From contig CAIIXF020000001.1 of NCBI GenBank assembly GCA_903813345.2, forward strand, positions 30,628,001 through 30,692,000: a stretch of DNA of 64,000 nt, in the 5' to 3' direction. The notes beneath the pieces are model-generated. The model was not told the DNA's origin and did no database searches. It saw only the letters and a program-made list of their open reading frames with translations. How positions within the stretch are numbered: position 1 is the stretch's first letter; every line of letters starts with the position of its first letter. The position numbers and the translations under genes were made by a program. This document shows, in pieces, positions 1 to 14,800 of this stretch. Source of the stretch: Owenia fusiformis. Lineage: Eukaryota.

Positions 1-270
1 TCAGTTTATATAAACTGTAACTGTAACATCCAATCTTGGAAATCAAGAGGAAGGGGGGGGGGGGTTAAAAATTGAATAAAAAAAACAATACAAAAAATGT
101 TGGGCCCTCTTTGTCTGGGACTGATTTCTATGAGTAGTAAAGTTTATGTGTGTGAAATCCCAAAAAGTAAACTAAGTTTGAAAAGGGTGGAGACTAGATA
201 ATTTGTTCAACATTTGGCACTCTGGAAAATGAATGAGATCAAACACAGTTTCAACCAGCAACCATAGTTA

Positions 271-519
<249 letters not shown>

Positions 520-3254
520 TCAACAAATGGGTCTTATTTGGAGAAATGAGCCCAAGTCTTAAAAATGTGTCCAAATTTTCAAAAACTATGTACACATTAA
601 TAAATGAAACTTCATTTTTTTACAGATTTGATCTGTTTTAGTATAATGAGATGTGCAGTTAAAAGTATTGAAGAACTGATATTTAATGCAGACTGGCATT
701 GTCTTAGAGCTTGAAATAGCATTACATAAAACATCATGTCATTTATCATTATGTAATAAATTAATCATCCGATATCATCTCATTTATAAATGCTTCTAGA
801 AGAATAATAGAGCTTTATTAAAGCAATAAATCTTTCAATATTTGCAATCATTCTTTTGGGGGCTTATAACCAATGACTTGCATTTCTCATACAGAATGTC
901 ATGCCTTTCATATTGAAGTAAGATAAAGTAGCTCTTTCAATATTCTTGATATGGCAAAATAAAGGGTCATTCAATAAATACTAGAGAGATTTCCCTCGTA
1001 AGTGAAAGTATAACTTATGTTTATGCATTTAGCTATGCATTGTGTGCATAATCAGTTTGAAATTTTGTTTCACAAGAAAGAATACTTATACGTTGCATAG
1101 ATTACAATATTTTATCATTCAATTCTAATGTAAAATTAAGAAGTCAAATATTCTATTTTTTGTTTAGGAAGATTAGTAAAGTATCAATCTTAGTCCTAAA
1201 GCATGAAATAATTTGTGGTCACAATCTAGCACCTAACTGATCTTCTTCCCCAAATTAAGATATCCGAACAACTGTCCGTATATAAACAGACTTTTCCAGT
1301 CACCCTTTTCTTGAGACTGAATCAGTTATTCTACATATCTTACTTATTTATCTTATAATACTTCTTACATTCCATTTTTGATCTGGAAATAATTTCAGGA
1401 TATACTTAGCAGCAAACTCTGTGTATCTCTCTGATAGACTGTATAAGATGTCTGTATGGTATCTTTTATTTGAGACATGAGTAATATCAGTGTAAAGATG
1501 TTACTTTGAATATTATGCTGAAAGCTGTTTTTATTTCAACCCCTTTAACATAAAATAAATATATAAAAAATATGGGCATTATTTGGCGCACTTTGTACTA
1601 AATATATTTGAAGCAACAAGAATAAATTAATTATTGCTGGACATATATAATCATATATTCACCTTCAACTTCAGAACATTTTATCTTGATTTATCTACAA
1701 TTACATAAATGAGTGTTTGTATCAGTATCTATTGAAGGATCTACATGTCTCATTAAATCCCAAGCAATATCGTCATGTCTAATTAGGGGAAATATTATTA
1801 TGAATGCAATATGAATCCAGGTAAAGTTGTTGACAACTTTCTTAGATTGTATTGAACACTGGAACTATATAGAAATATGATCTAAATACAAACACTGTGG
1901 TGTATGCCTTGTGATTAACTAGTGCAAACCCTTAAACATATTGATTATGGATCAATTTGTATCTTATTCATCTATTCGATAGTATTTACACCCTGAAGAT
2001 GAGAATTATGAATAGGCCAAATATAATTCAAAAATAGAAAGAAAGGCATAAGTTATCAAATACTTGGATTGAATGGAAGATACGATATCAGAATGGTGAA
2101 ATGATTTGCATTTTTGTAATTTAAAGTTTTGCAAATTGAACACTTGTTGGTGTTACTCAATACTCACTACCCTCATATGCATTTGTAAGAGGCAGAGGGG
2201 GACTAACCCCAGAGTTCAAAGATGACATACGCTTATAATGTAAATCTGTATTGAGAATGACATATATCTGATTGGTAAAAAATCAACAAACAAATTATGC
2301 CATCAATGACAACTTCAAAATTTTCGAAATATGCTTCTATTAATATTATGTTTATTTCTGGCATGTTAACCAATATCATGGCTTCTTATTTCACATCAAG
2401 ATAAAGAAAGGTATATGGAATATACCTACATCAATTAAAACATCCCATCGAAGTGGGAAGTGGGAAACTAGCTGGTGAAAATCCGAACAAACGAAGGTGG
2501 TAAGCAAGAGACGTAATTATGTCTGTTTTCTCTAAAGCTCTGGGGCTTTTCCCTCCTCTTTGTAGAAGGGAAATTTTTATTTTGAGAAATCAATTTCACC
2601 CTTCATTGGTGAAGTTTCAAGATCTTCTATTTGTGTTTAATGGGAACCTACAACTCTAGATAAATAAATGATGCAGAATATAAAGTTTGATATATTCATA
2701 GTGACTTTCATGTGATTCAAGGTTTTAACTTGTGACTAGCTGAAACTATAAACATGGCCACTGTATGCTTTTTTATATTCCTTGTCATGTGCACTTCATT
2801 GGATACAACTTCAAAAAGACTAATCAGCCTCGGATCAATGGAGTTTAAGGATGCAAAAGTGAAACAATGATGAAAGTATATGCATTAAAACAACATATTG
2901 TTTTACATCCAATAAATGCTTCACCTTACTGATATTGATTAATACTTTCTATTTTTCCTTATAAACACTGTTAAAACCATTATGTTGCTCTAGTTGATAT
3001 AATGATCATCTAGTTGACTTCATTACAGTTATTAGTATTAGTGGTACTCGTTACATCGTTGGGTGAGTCAGAAATATTTTTGTAACAAAGGTTAAGCAAA
3101 AAGTTCTATCCTCACTACCTTTACTCATCGAAGCATTATTCCCCAATGAAGCAATTATTTGGTGTTACACTTATGCTTTGCATTCGTTTGACTTCACTTC
3201 TTAAAAGAGAACTTCGTCTTCACTCTTTCAAACTAAAATAAACCTGTGAACTCA

Positions 3255-3490
3255 CTGCGCCAATCAGTGTTCGTCGGCCAAATTTGACCGACGTTCTATA
3301 TATGGTCATTCCTTCTGACGTCATCGTTGAGCCCGGAATTGACCAATGACATGCGCATAAGTTAATTAGAACGCATTTGGCGTCTGTTTCCTCAAGCTCG
3401 CTGATTGGTGGAAGAAAGGTCAGCGCGTAGGTCAGAAGTGATTTACTACCCAAACTGTCACCGGTACCCGTCGTGGGGGCGGGGCTACTA
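3255..3490. promoter_or_regulatory. CpG-richer promoter-like motif cluster
   Basis: CCAAT at 3260-3264 and 3343-3347, reverse CCAAT (ATTGG) at 3404-3408, perfect CRE TGACGTCA at 3316-3323, GC box GGGGCGGGG at 3476-3484. Target transcript not identified. Confidence 0.5.
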
Positions 3491-3750
3491 AACTGTAATA
3501 TGGTCTCTACTAGGCAGAGTGTAGTTTAACTAGACTCTGCACGCAGGGTATGCTTTGTTATGTGTGCGAATTACTTATCTGCCCTGACCACTACAAACGA
3601 CTATAGAGTTGCCAACTTAGAAGCAAGATGTGATGTCTTCATCTGATTATCTATTGTTAGGGAGACATTGAGAAGATAATAGAGAATAAAAATTAGATCA
3701 AAAATATTTTGTGTGCATGTGTTATACTCGTAAGTGCAGGAGTGAGATCA

Positions 3751-3987
<237 letters not shown>

Positions 3988-4329
3988 TTATACAAGGACT
4001 ATACAGATTGACTAGTCTAAGCTATTGATTTAAACACAAGATACCCTCGTCTTCATGAGTAAATGGAATATAACTGCAGGGGCATAGCCAGGTATAGCAG
4101 TGCTAGTACGCGAGGCCATGGGTAGGCCGAGCAAAACTAGGGGAGTCTGGGGGCATACTCTCCCAGAAATATTAGGATTTTGACACATTCTGAGCATTTC
4201 TAGGGTCAAAATATATAATTTTTTTTATTTTTGGTGCATTCTGATAGATTCTAGGATCAAAATTTGATTTATTTCAATTTACACTTTTTGTCTACTCTCT
4301 CAATAGTACACGGCTGCATTTTCTATGTA

Positions 4330-5150
4330 CAGGGTGTTCAAAAAAAAAACGCAACCCAAAGAAATCGCTATATCTTGGAAAATATTTATCCAATTGTGTT
4401 CATATTTTCAGGAAAGAAAGAAGAGACTATGTATGTACAGCTCCTGTTGTTAGTTAGTTGTAAAACATGATGTCTTGTACACCTGCCCAAAAGGCAGTCG
4501 AACATGGAAAATACGAAAAACGTGATTTGAAAATCACTATATATTGGAAAATACCTATTCAATTATGTTCATTTTTTCAGGAAAAGAAAGAAGATATTGT
4601 GTATGTATAGCTCCTGTTGTTAGTAAGTTGTAAAACATGATGCATTGGACACCTACCCAAAAGACAGTTGTTCTAGGAAAATACGAAAAACACAGTCAGA
4701 GGTGACGCCACAGCAATAAAACCTAACAACTTTCTAACCATAGTGTTTTTGCACGTAAGATTTGGCACAAATTATCCTCATTCAATGTGTGGTGAATTTG
4801 TGGAGTTTCATCAAAATCACTTCAGGGACTTTACAGTCATGGTCAAAATGCCTTCCGAAGTCTGCCGGAACCAGGGCGTTTGACTGAGATTTGAAAGCAT
4901 TTCAACCATAACTGTAAAGTCCCTGAAGTGACTTTAATTTCACTTTACAGATTTACCATACAGTGAATGAAGATGATTTGTGCCAAATTTGAACAGCCAA
5001 AACACTATGGCTAGGAAGTTATTTAGTTTTTTTGAGGTTGCAGTCAGCCCTGACTCGGTTTTTCGTATTTTCCTAGTACAATTGTCTTTTGAGCAGGTGT
5101 CCAATGCATCATGTTTTACAACTAACCAACTACAGGAGCTATACATACAC
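4330..5150. mobile_element. Tc1/mariner-like non-autonomous foldback element (right end truncated)
   Basis: Starts TA|CAGGGTGTTC, a mariner-type end. Internal ~170 bp tandem duplication (about 4370-4690). Long imperfect palindrome 4599-5150. Confidence 0.55.
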
Positions 5151-5659
5151 CAACTGTGGAATCGATTTGGATTCACTAGAACCTCCTTAGCAAGGGCCAA
5201 GGAGGTTCATTTTTTGAAAAATTCCAGGGGGGTTATTTTTGACAAGTTTGGTCCAAATATGGACAAAATCACTTGAAAAATGGTCAGATTGATGAAAACT
5301 GTATGATTTTTGAGAGAATCTCCAGCCGTGGGGGTGGGGGAATTAGAAAAATTGTCTGAAACAAAAATTGTGGTCATAAAAAGGAAAAAAGATAGCTTTT
5401 CAAATCAGTTTTTTTCATTTTTACTCTATTTCTAGAAATGAATTCAAATTTTCAAAGTTTCAATTATTTAAAATGTGTTGGGCAGAATTTCTGAAAAATT
5501 CAAAATATTCTGTTCAGTGAACTTTTCGAAACGCTAAAATCTAACTTTTTTTAGTCACATTTTCAGAGGGCTGAAAAAGCTATTTCACCATCGTAAGGTT
5601 CATTTTGACCATGACCATTGTGATCCTGGCCATGGAGTAGTATAACTTAAGTCTCTTAA

Positions 5660-7020
5660 GAAGTAATTTCATCTGGAACACCGTGAACCATTTGAAAAAA
5701 GCTGGCTGTTGTTTTATAAATTTATTAAATATTTTTAAAATCGCCAGATAAATAAATCATGAATTAAAATAGAACTGGCTGGGCTCCTTGATGAGATATT
5801 GCATGATTTCGTCTAAAATTAAAATAAACTGCTCTAAGAAAAATAGCTATATTCGAAAACTGGACGAAATGTTGTTATTGTCTGACATTAGTAACTGGCT
5901 GTAAATTCTAAGTTAGCGATCCTGAAGATGTGAACTGAAACTTCCTAAAATTGATAATTTTGTGCAGAAAATTTCCTGTTTTTTTCCCACAGGAGGGACA
6001 TGATGATCAATGGACTGAATTCTCAAGAAATTCTCAAGATATTCAGTCTATAGGATATAGACGATAAGTTACCCCTAATTGAAACGAAATGGCGTAGACG
6101 TTACATGTCTTCCCTAGTATGTATCTAACAGAGGATATAGTCTATCCATTCACCCAAATTACAAAGTGGAATATATACACAAATAAGCACCAAATTGAGT
6201 CGTAAATCAGCCCCAAAGATCTGACTTATAGCATTTCCAATGACTTCTGCTGCCTCGGTAGCCTAGAATTTACCTTCTTCTACTTGTGGCCTTTGTCCAA
6301 AGATAAACTCCTGTATGTATTACAGGTCATGCCATAATCATAAAATTTGAAATCAAATGCCCGCCATTTTTCCACATCACAATTTGAATTGCGAGTTTTG
6401 GTCTTATTACCTCACCAAAAATTCCAAAACACACATGAAGTGATCAATGTATTAAAATATTTTTCAGATGCTGTCCGACGATCGAAAAATCTGTCTGTTT
6501 TCTCATTCGAACGTATTTTTTCGCCCATACATAATAAATTTGGCCCATGACTTATCTACACCTCCTTCCTTATGTCAGAGAGCTGAGTAGAATCATGTCC
6601 AATTACATTTTCTTCTGATTAATCCTCTAAATCTCAAAATGGTGGATGATTCTAAAATATCTCATGACATGACAAGTCATTTTAGTAGACCAAATGATTT
6701 GATTGAGGGATTTGAACTTTTTCTAAAAATTGATTTTTTGACTGTCAGACAGAAACTGAAAAATATTATTGTTCACATCTTCTTGATCGCTAACTTAGAA
6801 TTTACAGTCAGCTACTAATGTCAGACATTAACGACATTTAGACCAGTTTTCGCATATCGCCATTTTTCTTGGAGCCATTTGCTTTAATTTTAGACGAAAT
6901 CCTGACGAAATTAATTAATGATTTATTTATCTGGCGATTTTTAGAATATTCAATAAATTTATGACACGCCAGCCAGCTTTTTTCAAATGGAGTTTACGGG
7001 ATTCCAGATGAAATTACCTC
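5660..7020. mobile_element. Non-autonomous DNA transposon with ~260 bp imperfect TIRs
   Basis: 5660-5930 is the imperfect reverse complement of 6780-7020 (GTAATTTCATCTGGAA ... TTCCAGATGAAATTAC). No internal ORF recognised. Confidence 0.6.
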
Positions 7021-7704
7021 TAGCCAAGAATTGGTTAGAGACTCGAGTAACCTAGAATAAGCTCATACCGGCGAAGTGTAAGCTTACCTAAACATCAAAA
7101 CCTTCAATTCTGGAACAGATGATAACCAGTCTCAGTGATCAAATAGCATGTTGAAGTTAATCAAACTATATCGAATAGTTGATACTTTCTCTGTGTGTAA
7201 CCAGGTAATATACATCTCAATGTCTTATTTTTATGCAATCAAACCACCAAAAATAAAACTGAGTCTAAAAATTTTAGAGAAAAAGGATACAGTTGGAATC
7301 CCTTGAGAATATCGTCAGCTTTCGATGGCATATCGTGTCCTATATTCTTTGAATCTTACGGATTGCTGTCGCTTTATGCATTAACAAATCCCATGAATTA
7401 GAAGGGTGAATTCCCTTGAAATACTTGCAGCTTCAAATCCGATCTCCAATGTCAACAATCCAAGATGTCTTCCATGTAGTTCGGTGCGTATGGATTTTTA
7501 TGTTCCGGGTGTCTGATGTCAAGAGAATTTTTTTAAGGCGTTTGGTTTAAAATTTAAGTATTAATTTGAGATCTTCGCATCGATAACTATTGCAAAATAT
7601 CAGTATATTATCTGGATTATCATTCTTCTTCTGGATTATGTTCTGAAGTGTTGCACTTTAGTGCATTTAGTGAGTAGGCTACGGGCTGAACTTTTCAAAA
7701 TCAC

Positions 7705-7873
7705 GGTAACCGGAAGTAAAATTCCAAGATGTCAGCCCCCTTAGATGAAAATTTTGTATCTATTTAATTTCAATTCTTTCATTGAAATAAGCCCGAGAAT
7801 GCAAAGATCACTCGGATATGAAATATCCAACTTCTTCTACATAATATAAATATTAATTTCATGTTAGGTAAGC
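7705..7873 (+). promoter_or_regulatory. Probable PEX5 promoter and non-coding first exon
   Basis: ETS/GABP motif CCGGAAGT at 7710-7717, strong donor AG|GTAAGC at 7867/7868, and an acceptor TTTCATTTACAG at 8792 just upstream of the PEX5 ATG. Confidence 0.45.
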
Positions 7874-7933
7874 TTACATTTTCTCTCATAATAGAAAAAT
7901 TTAGATATTTTCAATTTTTATTTTTTTACAGAT

Positions 7934-8164
7934 GTAATTTGAAGAATTTCAGCCATGTTAATCTTATTGAAAATAACATGGCAGAGAAACATCCAAATAT
8001 AAGAGGCCACACACTTTATAAGCCAAACTAGAAGCAATCCAAGATATACAAATGTCATTCATGTACATTATGAATATACTTTTCCATATTTTATTGCACA
8101 ATGGTCTCCCAATTTCTTATTTTTGCCGTTCTACTGACGAAATGAAGCAGTGAAATGGACTCTA
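7934..8164 (-). mobile_element. Truncated copy of the MITE at 55875-56265
   Basis: Near-identical reverse complement of about 55873-56103, ending GGACTC|TA. Confidence 0.75.
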
Positions 8165-8550
8165 ATGTTGTGTCAAATAGCAAGATAGCTCTTTTCGCTG
8201 ACGACATTAAAGTATACAGAGAAGTTAGGAACAAAAATGACACGGATGAACTCCAAAATGACCTCAATACAATACAAGCATGGGCTTCCAAATGGAAACT
8301 ACAATTTAACCCAAATAAATGTACTGTTCTGAGAGTGGGAAATATGAAACCAGAACCTACCTATAATATGACTGATTACTCCCGTCGAGAGCTACTTAGA
8401 TTTTGAAAGTATACTTTCAAAATCTAACATGGTAGCTCTCGACGTGAATAAATGACTGATACACGAAGTGGAAAAAATGTAATACTAAAAAACAGCAGTG
8501 TGGAAAAGATTTAGGTGTCAACATTGACTCGAATTTGAAACTCCCCGAGC
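8165..8550 (+). mobile_element. CR1/L2-group LINE reverse-transcriptase fragment
   Basis: LFADDIKVY...LQNDLNTIQAWASKWKLQFNPNKCTVL, then, after removing a 76 bp insert, ...SVEK(DL)GVNIDSNL with a frameshift. These are typical CR1-clade RT C-terminal motifs. Confidence 0.8.
8376..8451. mobile_element. 76 bp palindromic mini-MITE with 8 bp TSD
   Basis: Near-perfect hairpin TTACTCCCGTCGAGAGCTAC...GTAGCTCTCGACGTGAATAA flanked by ATGACTGA at 8368-8375 and 8452-8459. Confidence 0.75.
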
Positions 8551-8820
8551 TTGTTACAATAACTATAACTGACTATAACTATAACTAACTAATAACTATA
8601 TTTTATAACTTTACATTTTCTTCATATGGAATGAAAGATGAATATCCACTCTAAATGTATAAGTAATGAAATGTATTGTACATACATGGCAACATGCTGA
8701 ATTAAGGCTTCGAAAAAGTGTCAAAAACACTTTGATAGTTATATACAACCCTTAAGCAATTTCTAGATCCAATTTCTATTTTTCATTTACAGGTTAGTAA
8801 ATACATTCTGTTGTTCAAAG

Positions 8821-11800
8821 ATGGCAATGCGAGACTTAGTAGATGCAGAATGTGGTGGCTCAAATGCCTTGATGAAAGTGACATCACACTTTACTCAGGA
8901 TAGAGCAAGGAGACAGGTACGTGATTGTGTATTCTTTTTTTCTGCTGTGGATCATTTATGGCACGATTCGAAATTAAATTGAAATTGAATTGTTGCATTT
9001 GCATTAAATTCATTTGTACAAGATCAAACTTTTACAATGCAAATAATAAGAAAAAATAATAAACTTAGTAGGAATCAACTGTCTAATAATGAATTGACAC
9101 TTTGTTTTCAGGAGGGGTTGAGACAGGTTAGAAGAGCACATGGACCTGTGAGTATGGTTTTCAATTTAAAAAATGCAATGCAAAAATATACATTAACAAT
9201 TCACAAAAACACCTACATCTACAGCAAAGTAACTTGTTTAATATAAACAACCATATATACATTTACTTTGGAATTACTTTCATAATGTATTTTTAATCAC
9301 AATTATTAAGCACTTCCCTTTTCAGGCTTCAGTTCCATTTACCGAGGCATCTGAACATGAGGTAATGTTTAATTTTGTATAAACTTTTTTGTTGGTTAAA
9401 GCTCCATTTTCCTGTTTGAAAACTGAACACCTCCATTCATTATATAAAAACCTGTTGTGAATACATTTACTAGTATGTACATTGCTTATCATTGTGGACA
9501 ATACTAGAAATTCTCAAATATATTCAGTACATGTATCATGTATATAAAATTTAATGTATTAATAAAGATAAAATAGTTAATGTAAAATGACAAAGTCTAC
9601 ATGTATTTATTTTGCCTGGAATTTAGTGTTTTTTATTTACATATAAACATGTGTTTCAGTTGGTTAATGAGTTTTTGGCAGACCAGCGACAGCATGCGAT
9701 GCCCCAGACATTCAGGATGGGAGAGTTGCTTCAGGAGATGCAGGAGATTGACAAAGCCAGAATGAGGCCTCTACCTCAGAGAGGTTAGATAGCATTTTTT
9801 CGTACATACAGGTTTTTCATTAACGACATCTTTACGCAAAATTTTAATTCTGGGACAGAAAAAATATCTGACTTCGCGTAACATGTGACTAGAGCTGGCA
9901 TCGAATAGGATTTTAATGTCGACATGTCGGAGCTCTCGATCGACAACGATATCGACATTGTCGGGTCCAATGATATTCGAAAAATGAAAAAGATTTTGAA
10001 GAAAATCCGTCTGAATTTTAGATTTTCTAGGCTTGCAATTAGCAATACGATGCACAATAGTCATCCTCAGTTGTATGTTTTATATTTAACTTACAGGTAA
10101 ACCATGTTCAAGTATCAGACTTTGACGAAAAAGCAATAAATAGACATAAAACTACGATTTCTGTTGCTATTTCCGGGCAGCCATTGAAAATAAATCTCGA
10201 GGGTAAATCTCGAGGGGCCCCGAGACCTAATTCGAGAGCAGGAAGTCGATTAAAACAAAAAAGAAAATTTGAAAATGTAGGCGGTAAAACTTCACTAAAA
10301 TACACCATACAGCAGGTAGTAACAAAGATTTTAATTCATAGGGAAATAGCTTATTATGTTGTTCCGACTGTCGATCAAGAGGCGTTGTGTCGACATGGGT
10401 GTCGCAGAGAGCATTCGACTGACAATCGACCATTCCGACATTTGATGCCAGCTCTACATGTGACGCAGATTTGAATTTTTTGTTTTCTCCAAGTTTAATC
10501 TAATAAATCGAGTTTATACAACTTAAACTTCAAAAAGATTGTGAAACGTACCTTAATAACGGCTTTGTATAAAAAACCTCCTACCTCATACCCACCTACC
10601 CACATACGTGGGACATGATACAGTCTTTGAAGGGTTCAATTTTAAAGATCTTAGTTTACTAAATCTTAGTTTATGATGAATTATAGATGCATTTGTAACG
10701 ACCCTTGATAGCAAGTTGCTACTACATCCCAGCTGGGTTGGATCCCCATTCGGGGCATTGAATATTTAGCACACTTTCTTTCAATTTCTTTATCTGGCTT
10801 GTTGGACCTATGCTCGCGGTCGTTAGTTATTTATTCCCTTGGGCGCCCTCGGGTCATTACACATTAAAATGCATCCATATGCCTTTTTATGGATCTGTCA
10901 TCTGTCTAGTCATAAAATAAAGCCGGAATTGTAGAAATGTTAATAATTTGAGCTATTTTGAGAATTAATAATCTTTGAAATTGAACCCTTCAATGACTGT
11001 ATCATGTTCCACGTAGGTGGGTAGGTGGGTATGAGGTAGGAGGTTTTTTATACAAAGCCTTAATGACAGTTATTCTGGTGAAGCAATATGATAAAACCGG
11101 CACATTTTGCTTAAAACAGGAAGTAATACATGACGATTACATATTTTGGATATTATAGAAATTATTGAATGGAAATCAGTCTACACCCATGCCATCTATA
11201 TTTAGATATACTACACTTGCGATTACATTTGATTGCATAGCCTGGATTTTAGAATTTGACATGGCATAAATGATGATGATTAGGATAAACAAAATAAAAA
11301 CATGTGTAAATATTAAAATGGAAATAAAAAAAAGCATCAAGTTAAGCTATGATTTTATGTTCAAAGACTTCCTAGAAATGCTTAAATTGCACCATTATGA
11401 AGGTAAAACTCAATAATGGTCATTATCGTGATCGCCCCGCTTTTTTGTCATCGCCATTTCAGGAAAACCACTCATCAGATTTTCTCCAAATTCACACACA
11501 TGATAGAGGATGTCATGTTCTAGAGCTGATTAACTTTGGGGCGGCCATTTTGTTTTCTGGCAGCTATTTTGAAGGTTTTTCAGAAAATCTTGTCATCGCC
11601 ATTTAGCCTTTTTATTTTTTCCTGAAGCCACTCAGTAAAATTACGTTTTCTCTGCAACTTGATGTCCAATCAAGATCATTCAAGTATCTATGTGTTCCTG
11701 ACACGTTTTAACCGTTTTTATATGACATTAGTACTTGGGAGTTATTGGGTTTAGCTTGTCCAATCTTTATTCTATTGAAGGCAGAACTTTGGACTTACAA

Positions 11801-14800
11801 AATTATAATCCAGGTATGTGGTTTAGAATATGGAATTTTATTTTTGATTATAGCACCTGGTGTGGCGGAGTTAGCTCGCACTGAAAATTGGGCTCAAGAG
11901 TACTTAGACTCTGAACAGCTAGCAGATGAATGGACAAGGGACTTCCAGGCCCACCCTCCTGCTTTACCCACCAGCCCAGAGGTTATCTCAGGCTCTGACT
12001 CTAAATGGGCTCAAGAGTACCTGGAGCAGAGTGAACAAAATACATGGTATCTCTCTTTTCCATCCTATGCAGTTCAATACTTTCCTCTGGTATATTGCTA
12101 TCACATGACCATTTTACTGGATGAAAATAAAGGTTCAGCATTTTTGAGTGCATATGTCATTTACAATCCCAAAATTGTGTGAATGGTAAAATAGGCTGTG
12201 ATATTTGGTTTCACTTGATCTACATTAACCAAGTTACACAGATTCTAGGAGTAATCATGTTGTAGAAGTAACATTGAATGTTGTAATACATATTTCTAAA
12301 AGGTGCTTAAAGTTTAATCTTTTGTTTTAGGGCCCAGGAGTATGAGAAAGATCTCTTGGATGACACCAAGTGGGTGGATGAATATAAGACTGACAATGAA
12401 CTCTCCAGGACAGCTAATGACTTACTTGGCAGTGTGGATGATCCTAAATTCTCAAACTCAGAGGTATTTTCTCAACTAGCTTAGCTTTTTTAGTGTAATG
12501 CTTATAGATGAAAACATAATGATGACTTCATTTTTTCCAAAAATGCAATATCTCTGTTCTGACATTTATTGCTGTGAAAATTTGGTTTTATTTTTGATTA
12601 GATAAAGATTGACTGATTTTTTGCTTTCCTTTCAAAATGTGTTTTTGTCTTCTTGCAGTTTATGAAATTCATAAAGAAAATTGGGGATGGGGACATAACA
12701 ATAAAAGACAATCAAGTGATAGATACACCAAATGCTTCCAAATGGGCTGATGATTTTACTAGTCAACAAAGTCAAAAGGTACTTTTCAACTGTATCTGAA
12801 ACTGTTCACTTATTTTGTGCTTTCTCTACTGTTCTGTTCCATTTAATGATATCATTTTGAAATTCTTGTATATTACTTTTCTTGTTTTCATTACCTAACA
12901 TCTTTTTTATTATCGTTTTTCTTGTATAGTTAACATGGTTTGGTGTGTCTAACATTTTAAAACGTATACATTAAGATTTGGTTAAGTTTCAGAATTAGTT
13001 TAGTGTGATGATATTATAAATGATGATTATTTAATAATGGTATGGAGATTAAACCTGGATACATCAACATTTCTTGTTTTTCAAAATATTTGTTTAAGAG
13101 ACTTGCTTATGTACTTTCTTTTTTGCCTCTTACATATGAGGTTGGCAAAACAATATGGCTGCTACTTGATGTTAGAACTTAGAAATATAAGAAATTATTG
13201 CTACACTTTTAGTTTTCACATTGAGCACAGTAAAACAGTTAAGCATTTTCAACTGATCCTAACTGTTAATTATCCTGTTCATGTATAGAAATTGTAAAAT
13301 CACAACCGTGAAGCTATGCTCAGCATGCTCACCAAGCATGTTTTTGTACCATAAGATAAGGTACTTATTCAATTTCTGCTTCTTGACTCAAAATTAGGCT
13401 GACAGTTATGCTGCTTGTGAAGATATCATATGCATTCATAGATAAATATCATATCACTCATAAATCATAGGATATCCTTTGATTCTTCCTGTAGGGTGGT
13501 TCATTGGCAGACAAATGGGCTGATGAGTTCCAGCAGAAACAGAGAGATGTGCCCAATGATGCCCAATTCTGGGACAACCTTCAAACAGAGTGGGATGATA
13601 TGGCCAGGTACAAAGATATGTTAATATTTGCCTCAACTGTTCTTGTAAAAGTAATACAAATACATTTCAGCCAAAAAATTCTTTTGATATTATTTTGAAG
13701 AAAGATTGTATAGATTTTCCTTCAAATGTGGTCAGAATCTCCCTTTACTCAAACTTCCTTCATTATTACTAGACACTGTAGAGGAATTCTTGTCCCAGAG
13801 AAAAACTAGGTATCTTATTGAATGCATTTGCCAAGGAATTAGTAGATTCATCTCAGATCTGCCCTTTCCAGAGTGCCAGTACATATATATGCATGTGCAA
13901 ACTCTTTCCAGAGAATCTGGTGGAGATCATCCATGGTTGTCAGATTATCAGTCTACAATGGACATATACAAGGTAACAAAATCAAACTTTTTATTGCACT
14001 TTGAAAAGGTGCCATCTTGTCGTTGTCTTGAGCTGTTGGGTGGTTGCCACATAAATCTTGTCATCAAAATCTGATTAGGGTTTGGGCAAAGAACTGATTA
14101 CGTTTTGGGCCTACTGGGTAAATCTTTGTTTCCATTTATATTACATATATGGTATAAATACACTGGACGAAATGCCAGTTAGGGTTTATGGTTCAGATTA
14201 CACTGGATGAAGTCATAGCTGGGGAATAGGGGTTATTTTCTAGTCACCTGTAGGGCATAGACCAATGAGAGTGAGGAATATGACACTGAATATTAATATC
14301 AGAAATAAGGTTGTAACTTTACCTATATTTTTTCTTGAAACAAACTCATTGAAAAGGTCAGAAGAAATATAGGATAAACTTGAATGAGATTATGTTTATA
14401 AAAGGAAGCTGCTGTGATATTCTAGTAGAATGAAACATATGACTCCATCATGTATGTTTTATAGGATTACAAGTTTGAAGAAGAGAACCCCCTGAGAGAG
14501 CACCCTGACCCCTTCAAAGAAGGACTTGAGAGGCTCCAGAGGGGAGACATTCCTAATGCAGTATTGCTGTTTGAAGCAGCTGTCCAGAAGGACAACACAC
14601 ATTCTGAAGTAAGTAAACTCTCACATATGATTTTTATTTTATTTATGAGGATGATTTTAACGATTCTAAAAACATTAAATAAGTGTAAAATTTTATTGAA
14701 AACCCAAAATTATGATGCACAATAGTATTCAATAAGATGTTTAAATGAATGGAATAAACATGACATGGTAGACATTTTATGTACAGGTCTTATTTTGGAG

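Noticed and set aside
9771..10474. Overlapping antisense ORFs in PEX5 intron 4
   Set aside because: They lie within an inverted-repeat element, have no recognisable domains and mostly non-ATG starts.
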